Of a stretch of DNA of 64,000 nucleotides, positions 55,802-64,000 are shown one piece after another. Every line of letters begins with the position of its first letter. The stretch's first letter is position 1. Both the position numbers and the translations under genes were made by a program. Location: positions 639-64,638 of the forward strand of contig JAGWRA010000232.1 in the NCBI GenBank assembly GCA_028876655.1. Reading direction: 5' to 3'. Under the pieces are notes generated by a model, which saw only the letters and a list, made by a program, of their open reading frames with translations, was not told the origin of the DNA and did no database searches. Source of the stretch: Acidobacteriota bacterium. Its GTDB lineage: Bacteria > Acidobacteriota > Vicinamibacteria > Vicinamibacterales > CAVVIG01.

Positions 55802-56518
55802 CTACACCACCGCCCCGAACAACCGGCCCACCAACGCCGTGACGACCAGCGCCAGCGCCCCCCAGAAGGTCACGCGCAGCGCGCCGGCCGTTGCCGAGGC
55901 GCCGCCGGTCCGCGCGGCCAGGCCGCCGAGCAGGGCCAGGAAGGCCAGCGAGGCCAGTGAGACCGACGCGATGAGGAGGCTGGCCGGCGCCAGCGCCACC
56001 GCCATCAGCGGCAGGAGTGCACCGACCGTGAACGATCCCGCCGACGCGAACGCCGCCTGCACGGGCCGGGCGGCCACGACTTCCGAAATCCCCAGCTCGT
56101 CACGCGCATGCGCCCCGAGCGCGTCGTGGGCCATCAGCTGCTCGGCGACCTGGCGGGCCAGATCGGGCGTCAGGCCGCGCTGCACGTAGATCCCGGCGAG
56201 CTCCTCGTGCTCGGCGCGGTCCTGCGTGGCCAGCTCCCGCCGCTCGCGCGCCAGGTCCGCCGCTTCGGTGTCGGCCTGCGAGCTGACCGACACGTACTCG
56301 CCGGCCGCCATCGACATCGCCCCGGCCACGAGGCCGGCCACGCCGGCCACCAGCACGTCGGCCCGGGCCGCATGCGCGGCGGCCACGCCGACGACCAGGC
56401 TGGCCGTCGAGACGATGCCGTCGTTGGCGCCGAGGACGGCGGCACGGAGCCAGCCGATCCGGCTCGTGCGGTGATGCTCCTGGTGCCTTCGTCCCCGTCC
56501 GGGATCGTGTCTCGCCAT
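55802..56518 (-). CDS. VIT1/CCC1-family iron/manganese transporter
   Basis: LRAAVLGANDGIVSTASLVVGV and MAAGEYVSVSSQ motifs. ATG 56518. Confidence 0.88.
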   Translation of the reverse strand: MARHDPGRGRRHQEHHRTSRIGWLRAAVLGANDGIVSTASLVVGVAAAHAARADVLVAGVAGLVAGAMSMAAGEYVSVSSQADTEAADLARERRELATQDRAEHEELAGIYVQRGLTPDLARQVAEQLMAHDALGAHARDELGISEVVAARPVQAAFASAGSFTVGALLPLMAVALAPASLLIASVSLASLAFLALLGGLAARTGGASATAGALRVTFWGALALVVTALVGRLFGAVV

Positions 56519-56583
56519 GGCGGTCCCTCGCGCGGGCCGGCGCCTGTTGCGCCGGGCCGGCCCACGTCTCCGATTATGGTCCG

Positions 56584-57348
56584 TCAGAACTGTCGGAGGA
56601 AATCCTCGGGGATGTCCGCCTTCTTCCGGCCCGCGATGGCGAAGTAGTAGAGCGGCTCGCCCTGAATGGACAGGCGGTGGCGGTAGCGCTCCAGGTGATA
56701 GAGGTCGAGATACTTCGACAGGATCAGCTGCCGGATCATCTTCGAGAATCCCGACTGGTCGTCGTGGCTGAAGAAGGTCTCCTTGATGTTGAACGCGACC
56801 CAGCCCTGCGGCTGGATGGCGTTGAACGCCTCGAGGAACGCCAGCGGGGGGATGTCGCCGAAGCCCAGCGCGGCCACGGTGGTCAGGCAGTCGAACGACC
56901 AGCTGGCCAGTTCCTCGCGCTCGGCCGGACCGAGCCGGCAGAAGTCGGTGACCAGATAGGCGTCGTAGAGCCCCGGCCGGTCGCGCTCGGTGGCCATCTG
57001 CGCCTCGGGGATGATGTCGGCCCCCACGAGTCTGGAGATCCCCCACTTCTTCAGCGCCTCGCCCATCATCCCGTTGCCGGCGCCGAAGTCGAGCACGCGC
57101 AGCTCGGTGAAGTTCTCGCTGGTCTGCGCGACCGACGACTTCAGGATCTCGGCCACCTTCGAGGGCGACTGGCACTTCAGGCGGTCGTAGAACAGCTGCT
57201 CGTAGAGGCCGGGGACCTTGTAGATCGCGTCGTAGTCGTGGAAGCGGATGGTGCGGCGGTGGTCGCCGTCGAGCAGGTGGAAGTAGGCCTCGTCCTGGCC
57301 CACACGATCGTCAATCGGGGGGAACTGGATCCTGTGCCGGATGTGCAT
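56584..57348 (-). CDS. Class I SAM-dependent methyltransferase
   Basis: Motif I RVLDFGAGNGMMG, post-I VGADIIPEA. ATG 57348 (MHIRHR). Confidence 0.8.
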   Translation of the reverse strand: MHIRHRIQFPPIDDRVGQDEAYFHLLDGDHRRTIRFHDYDAIYKVPGLYEQLFYDRLKCQSPSKVAEILKSSVAQTSENFTELRVLDFGAGNGMMGEALKKWGISRLVGADIIPEAQMATERDRPGLYDAYLVTDFCRLGPAEREELASWSFDCLTTVAALGFGDIPPLAFLEAFNAIQPQGWVAFNIKETFFSHDDQSGFSKMIRQLILSKYLDLYHLERYRHRLSIQGEPLYYFAIAGRKKADIPEDFLRQF

Positions 57349-57652
57349 CGTCACCTTTCCTTTGAATGGGCGGCGGCGGAGCCACGGGCCCGCCGCCGAT
57401 CCCTGTGAGACCGTCGAGACAGGGGACGCCCGGAGAGACATCGCGCGGAACGGCTGCGCCGACGGGACACGGCAGACGGGCCCGCGTCACGCACGCAGCG
57501 GCAGACTCGTGGGGGCGGACCTTCATGCTACCTCATCGGCATGCGTCCATCAACACGCGGACGCGGACCCGCGAGACGCTCATTCCGTATCCCGGGATTG
57601 CCAGGGTGGCGGGTGAACAGGTGACCGCCGGTCGCCGCAAGGTGGCGTCCGA

Positions 57653-58195
57653 TCAGGCGATCCGATGTGCCACGATGGCGCTGCCAAAGTGGCGACCGTC
57701 GATGTCGAGGTACAGCTGGCGTTCGGTGATCGACACGGCCACGACGGCCCGCCGGCCGATGGCAGCGGCTGCCGAGTCGATGAAGTCACGGTCGAACGCA
57801 TACACGGGAATGTCGGCCGCGCGATGGATCGGTCCGGCGCGCAGCTCCTCCAGCACCTTCTCGACGTGCCGGTGGGTGTACACGGCGGCGCGGCCCGCCA
57901 GCTTCATGCCGCGATGCAGGCGCCGGGCATCCGGCATGCCGACCTCGATCCAGGCCGTCACGCGCCCGGCTGGATCGCGCACGAGGACCGCCGGCTCGTC
58001 GGCCGACGACACGCCGCCGGTGGCGAACGTGATGCCCTCGGTGTATTCGAGGCAGTACGCCAGATAGCGGGTCAGCAGGTATTCCTGCGTTTCCGAGGGG
58101 TGACGGCCCATCCGGAGGTCGAAGGTCTCGTAGACGCCTCGATCGACGTCGGCCAGTTCGGTCACCAGGTTGTAGATCGTCGCGGTCAGGGCCAT
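57653..58195 (-). CDS. YaeQ-family protein (PD-(D/E)xK-fold)
   Basis: ATIYNLVTELADVDRGVYETFDLRMGRHPSE...WIEVG is the typical YaeQ N-terminal signature. Confidence 0.88.
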   Translation of the reverse strand: MALTATIYNLVTELADVDRGVYETFDLRMGRHPSETQEYLLTRYLAYCLEYTEGITFATGGVSSADEPAVLVRDPAGRVTAWIEVGMPDARRLHRGMKLAGRAAVYTHRHVEKVLEELRAGPIHRAADIPVYAFDRDFIDSAAAAIGRRAVVAVSITERQLYLDIDGRHFGSAIVAHRIA

Positions 58196-58265
58196 CGTCT
58201 CACTCCACCTGCGACGTACGACGGGGGTCGCGGACTTCGCCGAAGGCCACGCCGAGCCGAGGACA

Positions 58266-58324
58266 GGAGAATCCGAAGCGAGGCGTCAGCGTCAGCACCG
58301 CGCGGGGGTGGGGCCCCGCGCGCA
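58266..58324 (-). repeat. REP-like hairpin element, copy R6 (reverse orientation, GCGCGGGG variant)
   Basis: ...CGTCAGCGTCAGCACCGCGCGGGGGTGGGGCCCCGCGCGC resembles the reverse complement of R5. Confidence 0.7.
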
Positions 58325-58336
58325 TTGAATAATGCC

Positions 58337-58900
58337 TCAGAAGATGAATGGAATCAGCCCCTTCACGCGTGCCTTGTACTGCGGGTACTGGTCGGGGAAG
58401 TGCTTGAGCATCATCGCCTCCTCCTGCCTCGACTTGATCCAGAGCACGAGGAAGACGACGACGAAGCCGAGGAACGTCTGAGCGTTGTTCCAGACGATGG
58501 CCGTGCCGAGGAACATCGCCAGCACGCCGGTGTAGATCGGGTGGCGCACGAACGCATAGGGGCCGCGCCGGACCAGCTCGTGATCCTCCTTGAACGTGAC
58601 CCAGCCGCTCCAGTTGCGGCCGAGCGTGCGGCGCGCCCAGAGCGTGAAGGCGAGCCCTGCGAAGCAGACGGCCACGCCGACCCAGGCGACCAGCGGCGTG
58701 CGCGGCAGGAGCGGCGGCACGCGGCGCAGGATGGTCTGCAGCATCGCCAGTTCGACGGCGCCGATGGCGACCAGCACCAGAATCAGCCGGCTGCCCCAGC
58801 TCTGCCGCTCCACGGTCCGCTTGGCCGACCAGGCGGCCAGGAACCAGTAGAGGATCATCACGATCCAGCAGCCGATGACGATGTTCTTGTAGAGAGTCAT
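58337..58900 (-). CDS. Isoprenylcysteine carboxyl methyltransferase (ICMT/PEMT-like) family membrane protein
   Basis: GPYAFVRHPIYTG motif and multiple TM helices. ATG 58900 overlaps the upstream stop (ATGA). Confidence 0.85.
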   Translation of the reverse strand: MTLYKNIVIGCWIVMILYWFLAAWSAKRTVERQSWGSRLILVLVAIGAVELAMLQTILRRVPPLLPRTPLVAWVGVAVCFAGLAFTLWARRTLGRNWSGWVTFKEDHELVRRGPYAFVRHPIYTGVLAMFLGTAIVWNNAQTFLGFVVVFLVLWIKSRQEEAMMLKHFPDQYPQYKARVKGLIPFIF

Positions 58901-60159
58901 GCAGCACCACGCTCTTTCGTTCGCTCGACTCTTGCCAGGATCGTCGCGGCGGTCAGGTGCGCCGTCACGTTCGCCGTCGTCTTGCACATGTCCGGGATGG
59001 CGTCCACGGCGATGAGCAGCCCGACCCCCTCCGGCGGCAGGCCGAGATTCACGAGCAACGGCACCAGCAGGAACAGGCTGGCGCTCGGAATGCCGGGGAC
59101 GCTGAAGCTGAGCAGCGTGCCGGTCGCCACGATCGTCAGCAGCTGCGCCGCGCCGACGTGCACGCCGTACAGCTTGCCGAGGAACAGCGCGCCCACGATC
59201 CAGCCGATCGGCACGTTCACCCGGAACAGGGTGACGGCGAGCGGCAGGACGAAGCCGTCGATGATCGGCGGCAGCCCCAGCGTGTCGCGCGCCGCGGCCA
59301 GCAGCGCCGGCAGCGCGGCCAGTGACGACCGCGTGCTGAAGGCGACCGCCTGCGCCGGCAGCACGGCCCGGGCGAAGCGCCTCAGCGGCATCCGTCCGGC
59401 CACCACGGCCACCGGATACAGCAGCAGCGTGACCGCGAGCGCGATGCCCGAGAGGGTGGCCACGTAATAGATGATGGCGCCGGCGGCCGCCATCCCCATC
59501 CGGAAGCCGAGCGGCACGGCCAGCGCGAAGATGCCGATCGGCGCCACCGCCAGGATCCACCCGACGATCACCAGCAACGCGTCGGCCAGCGCCCGGAACC
59601 ACCCGACGAGCGCTTCCTGACGGGCGCGGTCGAGCTGCGCAATCGCCAGGCCGAGCACCAGCGTGAAGACCAGCACGGGCAGTACCGCCCCGTCGGCGGC
59701 GGCCTTCAGCGGGTTCACCGGCACCATGTCGACGATCCGCTGCGTCAGCGACGGCATGTGCCGCGCGGCCTCCGCCACGGCCGGCGCGCCCGCACTGGCG
59801 CGCAGCGACGCCGCCACCTCGGGCGCGATCGTCAGCCCGCGCATCACGGCCGGCGCGACGACCATCGTGAAGAGGCCGCCGGCCACCAGCAGTGCCACGA
59901 ACACCGGCACGGCCCAGGCGCCGAGCCGCCCCACGCGCCGCAGGTCGGTCGCGCCGCCGACGCCGCTGATGACGAGCGTGATCACCAGCGGGATCACGGT
60001 CATCCGGATCGCATCGATCCAGACCGTGCCGACGGGCTCGATGACGGCCACCGCCGCTGCCGCGCCATGCCCGGGCACGGTCGCGAGGGCGATGCCGGCC
60101 GCCAGGCCGACGATGAGGGCAAGGAGGGTGCGGAGGGTGGAGGACGTCACCTCGGCCAC
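58897..60159 (-). CDS. Dicarboxylate/amino acid:cation symporter (DAACS, GltP/DctA family)
   Basis: 420-aa polytopic protein with family-typical segments (IDAIRMTVIPLVITLVISGV; FSTRSSLAALP). Confidence 0.88.
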   Translation of the reverse strand: MAEVTSSTLRTLLALIVGLAAGIALATVPGHGAAAAVAVIEPVGTVWIDAIRMTVIPLVITLVISGVGGATDLRRVGRLGAWAVPVFVALLVAGGLFTMVVAPAVMRGLTIAPEVAASLRASAGAPAVAEAARHMPSLTQRIVDMVPVNPLKAAADGAVLPVLVFTLVLGLAIAQLDRARQEALVGWFRALADALLVIVGWILAVAPIGIFALAVPLGFRMGMAAAGAIIYYVATLSGIALAVTLLLYPVAVVAGRMPLRRFARAVLPAQAVAFSTRSSLAALPALLAAARDTLGLPPIIDGFVLPLAVTLFRVNVPIGWIVGALFLGKLYGVHVGAAQLLTIVATGTLLSFSVPGIPSASLFLLVPLLVNLGLPPEGVGLLIAVDAIPDMCKTTANVTAHLTAATILARVERTKERGAA

Positions 60160-60707
60160 AGCCAGCCGAACGTCCCCGCCGTCAGCAGACCGTAGATCAA
60201 CCCGTCGAACATCGACAGCAGCGTCGTCTCCCAGCTGCGCCGGTACCAGATCGACTGCTGCGCCAGGGCGAACGAATAGCCCATGAAGGCGGTCGTGCCG
60301 ACGAAGCGGAACACCTGGAGGTAGTCGACGCCGGCGACGAGCGCGCGGCCGGTGACGTAGGCCGAGAAGAAGCTGACGGCCAGCGCGTAGATGAACCAGA
60401 GCGTCAGGTTCCTGCCCATGCCCATGTCGCCGCCGGGGGACACGGTCATGAAGACCAGCGGCCCCTTCTTCATCTTCTCGACGAACGCCGGGTCCTTCAT
60501 GCCCGACCGCGACCCGGGGAGCGGCGCGCCATAGTCGCCCGCCGGCAGGTCGAGCCGTCGCAGGGCCTCCAGCAGTTCGTCTTCTTTCGGAACCCGCCGC
60601 AGGTCGTTCTTGTGGAGCGGCAGCACCATGTGGAAGAAGGCGCTGACGAAGAAGACGATCACGGCCGAGAGCACGATGGGAAGCCAGAGCGCCATGACGG
60701 GGACCAT
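60147..60707 (-). CDS. Hypothetical membrane protein
   Basis: TM helices at both ends and a soluble middle. ATG 60707 preceded by GGAGG. Overlaps the next gene by 13 nt. Confidence 0.6.
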   Translation of the reverse strand: MVPVMALWLPIVLSAVIVFFVSAFFHMVLPLHKNDLRRVPKEDELLEALRRLDLPAGDYGAPLPGSRSGMKDPAFVEKMKKGPLVFMTVSPGGDMGMGRNLTLWFIYALAVSFFSAYVTGRALVAGVDYLQVFRFVGTTAFMGYSFALAQQSIWYRRSWETTLLSMFDGLIYGLLTAGTFGWLWPR

Positions 60708-60797
60708 GTGCACCTCCGGAGCGGAACGGGATGGACGTCAGCAGGAACGCGGCATGCTAATGCGGGCCGCGGACAAGGGCAAGAACAAACTCTCTCC

Positions 60798-61736
60798 TCA
60801 GTATCCGCGCTCGAAGTCGACGCGGTACTTCAACTCCTCCCCCGCGCGGAACCGCCGGTAGTTGTCGATGTAGATCGGCGCGATGTCCTCGGGGAAGCTG
60901 AGCGCCGCGGTGTGGCCGGTGATGAGGACGTTCGGCAGCCGCCAGAAGACGCTGTAGGGCGGCAGCGGCTCCTCGTGGAAGACGTCGAGCACGGCGCCGG
61001 CGAGCCGCCCCGACTGCAGCGCGTCGGCCAGCGCCTCCTCGTCGACCACCTGGCCGCGTCCGGGGTTCACGAAGACGGCGTGCTGCGGCAGCGCGCGCAG
61101 CAGCCGTTCGCCGACGAGGCCGCGCGTCGCGGGCGTGTGCGGCAGGACGCAGACCAGGTAGTCGAGGCCTCGCGCGAACGCGTCGAGGTCGTCGCCGTGG
61201 AACCAGGCATCGACGTCCGGGCAGCCCTCGGTCGCGCGCGTGTAGCCGTGGACGCGCATGTGAAAGCACTTCGCCGTGTGCGCGAGATCCGCGCCGATCG
61301 AGCCGACACCGAGCAGGCCGATCCGCTTGCCGCGCAGGCTGCCGGGCGGCGTGCGGTCCCAGCGGCCGGCCAGCTGCGAGGCATGCCGGCTGAAGATCAG
61401 CCGCTCGTGCGCCAGCAGGTAGCCGAAGACGTACTCCGACATCAGCGGTCCGAAGACGCCCCGGGCGTTGGTCAGGACGTAGTCGCGCCGCAGCCCCGCC
61501 GCCAGCAGCGGCTCGACACCCGCCCAGGTCGCCTGCACCCAGCGCAGCGCCGCCAGCTGCGGCAGCACCTGCGCGATGAGCGACGGCTCGCCGAGGACCG
61601 AGTCGCACCCGGCCCCCTCCTGCGCGGCATGCGCCGCATCGGTGGCCGAGACGATCTCGAGCTCCGGCAGCCGGGCCTCTTCAATCAGCCGGCAATAGGC
61701 CGGCGCGTGACGGGACAGGACGAGAAGACGATGCAT
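60798..61736 (-). CDS. D-isomer-specific 2-hydroxyacid dehydrogenase (NAD-binding)
   Basis: GKRIGLLGVGSIG Rossmann motif and a C-terminal catalytic region (ITGHTAA). Confidence 0.88.
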   Translation of the reverse strand: MHRLLVLSRHAPAYCRLIEEARLPELEIVSATDAAHAAQEGAGCDSVLGEPSLIAQVLPQLAALRWVQATWAGVEPLLAAGLRRDYVLTNARGVFGPLMSEYVFGYLLAHERLIFSRHASQLAGRWDRTPPGSLRGKRIGLLGVGSIGADLAHTAKCFHMRVHGYTRATEGCPDVDAWFHGDDLDAFARGLDYLVCVLPHTPATRGLVGERLLRALPQHAVFVNPGRGQVVDEEALADALQSGRLAGAVLDVFHEEPLPPYSVFWRLPNVLITGHTAALSFPEDIAPIYIDNYRRFRAGEELKYRVDFERGY

Positions 61737-61739
61737 CCT

Positions 61740-64000
61740 CTACTGCTTCCCTTCGCCACCGATGGGGATCGGCACCTTCCGCTTTCCCGTGGTCGGCGGC
61801 GGCGGCTCGTGCATCAGGCGATCCGGCGGATGCGCCTTCAGCTCCTTCATCGCTTCCGCCACGGCCCGCTCCAGCTGCGGGTCGTGACCGGCGATGACCT
61901 CCTTCGGCCAGTTCTCGACGTCGATGTCGGGCGTGATGCCGGTGTTCTCGACCGCCCAGTGACCCGAGCGATCGAAGAAGCCGCCGCGCGGGGCGATCAT
62001 CGACCCGCCGTCGATGAACGGCGGCGTGTCCGCCGTGTGGACCAGGCCGCCCCACGTCCGCTTGCCGACGAGCAGGCCGATCTTCCGCCGCTTGAACATG
62101 TAGGGCATCAGGTCGCCGCCCGACCCCGACATCTCGTTGATGATCATCACCTTCGGCCCCCAGATGCCCGCCTCGGGGCTCGTGAAGGGGACCCGGTCGC
62201 CGGCGACGTTGTTGAAGTAGCCGTCGAAGTCGCGCTGCAGCGCATCGATGATGTAGTCGGCCGCCGAGCCGCCGTTGTTGTAGCGCTCGTCGATCACCGC
62301 CCCCTGCTTGTCCTGCTGCGCGAAGTAGTAGCGGTTGAAGCTCTCGTACCCCCCCTGCCCGGTGTCGGGCAGGTAGACGTAGGCGAGCTTCCCGCCCGAG
62401 AGCTTGTCGACCAGCCGGCGGTTCGACTCGACCCACGCGCGCGTCCGCAGGCCGGCCTCGTTCCGGATCGGGACGACCGTGATCTCCCAGGCCCCTTGGG
62501 TGGACGGCGTCGAGTTCACCGTGAGCACCGTCTGCTTGTCGGCCGTGCCATCCAGCAGCCGGTAGATGTTGTCGGCGCCCCGCAGGTCGGCGCCGTTGAC
62601 GGCGAGGATGTAGTCACCCTGGGCCACCTTGATGCCTGGCGTCGCCAGCGGCGCGCGCAGACCCGGGTTCCACGCCTCCGTGTCGTAGATCCGCGCGAGC
62701 CGGTAGCGGCCGTTCTCGACCCGGAAGTCGGCGCCGAGCAGGCCGGCCCGGATTGGCGGCACCTCCGGCATGTCGCCGCCGCGGACGTACGAGTGGCCGA
62801 TTGAGATCTCCGATCCCATCATGTCGATCAGGTAGTTCAGGTCGGCCCGGTGCATCACGTACGGCAGCAGCTCGCCGTAGACCTGCTTGTCGCGCGGCCA
62901 GTCGGTGCCGTGCATGTTCTTCACGTAGAGGTAGTCGCGCTGGTTCCGCCACCCCTCGTCGAAGATCTGCCGGAACTCCGCCTTCGGATCGAGGAACATC
63001 GTCAGCTTCGCCTTCAGCTTCCCCTGCCCCGCCTCGGGCGGCTTGCCGGTGGCGTCCACCAGGAACAGCTCGGGCACCCGCTCGACGCCGCCGTTGTCGT
63101 CCGGCTCGACGAGGTTCGTCCGGTAGACCAGCTTCTTCCCGTCGGCGCTGACGTCGAAGGTGGCGACGCCGCTCTTCACGAAGACGTCCGGCTTGCGGTC
63201 CGCCAGCCGGTAGCGATGCAGCGCGTTGCCGGCGTTCGGCGATCCGCCCTCCGGCGTCTCCATGTAGAACACCGAGCCGGCCTCGCCCGCGCGCAGCATC
63301 GTGTACTGCCGCTCGGGGACGCCGCGCACGGAGATGACGCGTGACTGCAGGCCGTCGAAGTCGATCGTGACGGCCGCCGGCTCCTTCGCCGCCTCCGCGG
63401 CGCCGTTCTTCCGGGCCGGCGCCGATCCGACCCCCTTGTCCTCGTCACTCTCCGGGAGCAGCGGGCTCGGGTCGCCCTTGTGCAGCACGGCGAGATACAG
63501 CCCGAAGTGTTCGAGGTGGTCGTACGACGTCATGTCGAGCCACTGCGACTTCAGGCCGTAGTCGGTTGAGGCGAAGAACCAGAGATACTTGCCGCTGGCG
63601 TCCCACACCGGCCAGACGGCGTCGGCCATGCCGTCGGTGACCTGGTGGGTCTCCCCGGTCTCGACGTTGCTGATGAAGATGGCGTGGTAGAGCGAGTTCA
63701 GGTGGCTCGAGTACGCGACCCACTTCGAGTCGGGGCTCCAGGTCGGGTTCTCCGTACGGCTCGGCACCATCCACGGATCGCTGCCGACGATCTTCGCCTT
63801 CCCGGTCGCGACGTCCATCACCCAGATCTTCAGGTCGGTGTCGGTGTAGACGATCTTCTTCGAATCGGGCGACCACGACGCCATGTAGTAGTGCGTCGGG
63901 TGCTCGAGCGGGATCGTCCGCGGCGGCGTCACGCCGTCCTGCGCCTCGATGACCAGCTCGTACTCGCCCGACTTGTCGCTGAAGTACGAGATGTCCTTCC
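61740..64000 (-). CDS. Tricorn-protease-like S41 peptidase (beta-propeller, PDZ, S41 domains); 5' end lies outside the window
   Basis: Frame stays open to the window edge (…ISYFSDKSGEYELVIEAQDG…). WSPDSK propeller repeats, then a PDZ-like region and the S41 core (NEMSGSGGDL). Confidence 0.88.
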   Translation of the reverse strand, partial: KDISYFSDKSGEYELVIEAQDGVTPPRTIPLEHPTHYYMASWSPDSKKIVYTDTDLKIWVMDVATGKAKIVGSDPWMVPSRTENPTWSPDSKWVAYSSHLNSLYHAIFISNVETGETHQVTDGMADAVWPVWDASGKYLWFFASTDYGLKSQWLDMTSYDHLEHFGLYLAVLHKGDPSPLLPESDEDKGVGSAPARKNGAAEAAKEPAAVTIDFDGLQSRVISVRGVPERQYTMLRAGEAGSVFYMETPEGGSPNAGNALHRYRLADRKPDVFVKSGVATFDVSADGKKLVYRTNLVEPDDNGGVERVPELFLVDATGKPPEAGQGKLKAKLTMFLDPKAEFRQIFDEGWRNQRDYLYVKNMHGTDWPRDKQVYGELLPYVMHRADLNYLIDMMGSEISIGHSYVRGGDMPEVPPIRAGLLGADFRVENGRYRLARIYDTEAWNPGLRAPLATPGIKVAQGDYILAVNGADLRGADNIYRLLDGTADKQTVLTVNSTPSTQGAWEITVVPIRNEAGLRTRAWVESNRRLVDKLSGGKLAYVYLPDTGQGGYESFNRYYFAQQDKQGAVIDERYNNGGSAADYIIDALQRDFDGYFNNVAGDRVPFTSPEAGIWGPKVMIINEMSGSGGDLMPYMFKRRKIGLLVGKRTWGGLVHTADTPPFIDGGSMIAPRGGFFDRSGHWAVENTGITPDIDVENWPKEVIAGHDPQLERAVAEAMKELKAHPPDRLMHEPPPPTTGKRKVPIPIGGEGKQ

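Overview
Very GC-rich chromosomal segment. GC was judged by eye, not computed. Long shadow ORFs occur in every frame, so genes were called from recognisable protein motifs, Shine-Dalgarno sequences, and ATGA/GTGA start-stop overlaps. I call about 60 protein genes. I saw no rRNA, tRNA, CRISPR array, transposase, integrase or phage genes.

Gene content suggests a soil Acidobacteriota- or Gemmatimonadota-like organism; this is inference only. The supporting genes are a carboxypeptidase-regulatory-domain protein, a DUF1800/DUF1501 pair, a tricorn-like protease, and many DinB, cupin and SAM-methyltransferase genes. Most of the window is ordinary metabolism.

Items worth a second look:
1. A translationally coupled SNF2-helicase plus type IIG/PglX-like N6-adenine methyltransferase pair (6138-12064). 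It has no recognisable nuclease or other partner genes and is bracketed by REP-like hairpin repeats. It may be a minimal DISARM-like or split type-ISP-like module, and it is my best candidate for an undescribed system.
2. An AhpD/CMD-family gene (41881-42432) interrupted by one in-frame TGA at the second Cys of its CxxC motif. A SECIS-like hairpin follows directly, making it a candidate selenoprotein.
3. Two dispersed intergenic repeat families: about 55-nt REP-like hairpin elements and tandem heptanucleotide arrays. Several overlap gene termini.
4. An orphan BMC-H microcompartment shell gene beside a D-threonine-aldolase-family PLP enzyme.
5. A sulfur-flavoured cluster. It holds a cytoplasm-facing molybdopterin oxidoreductase with a fused FeS/NrfD subunit, two tandem TauE/DUF1634 pairs, and a rhodanese-MBL fusion.
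6. An O-methyltransferase / arylamine N-acetyltransferase / UbiA / cupin group.

All functional calls come from motif recognition by eye. No database search was run.
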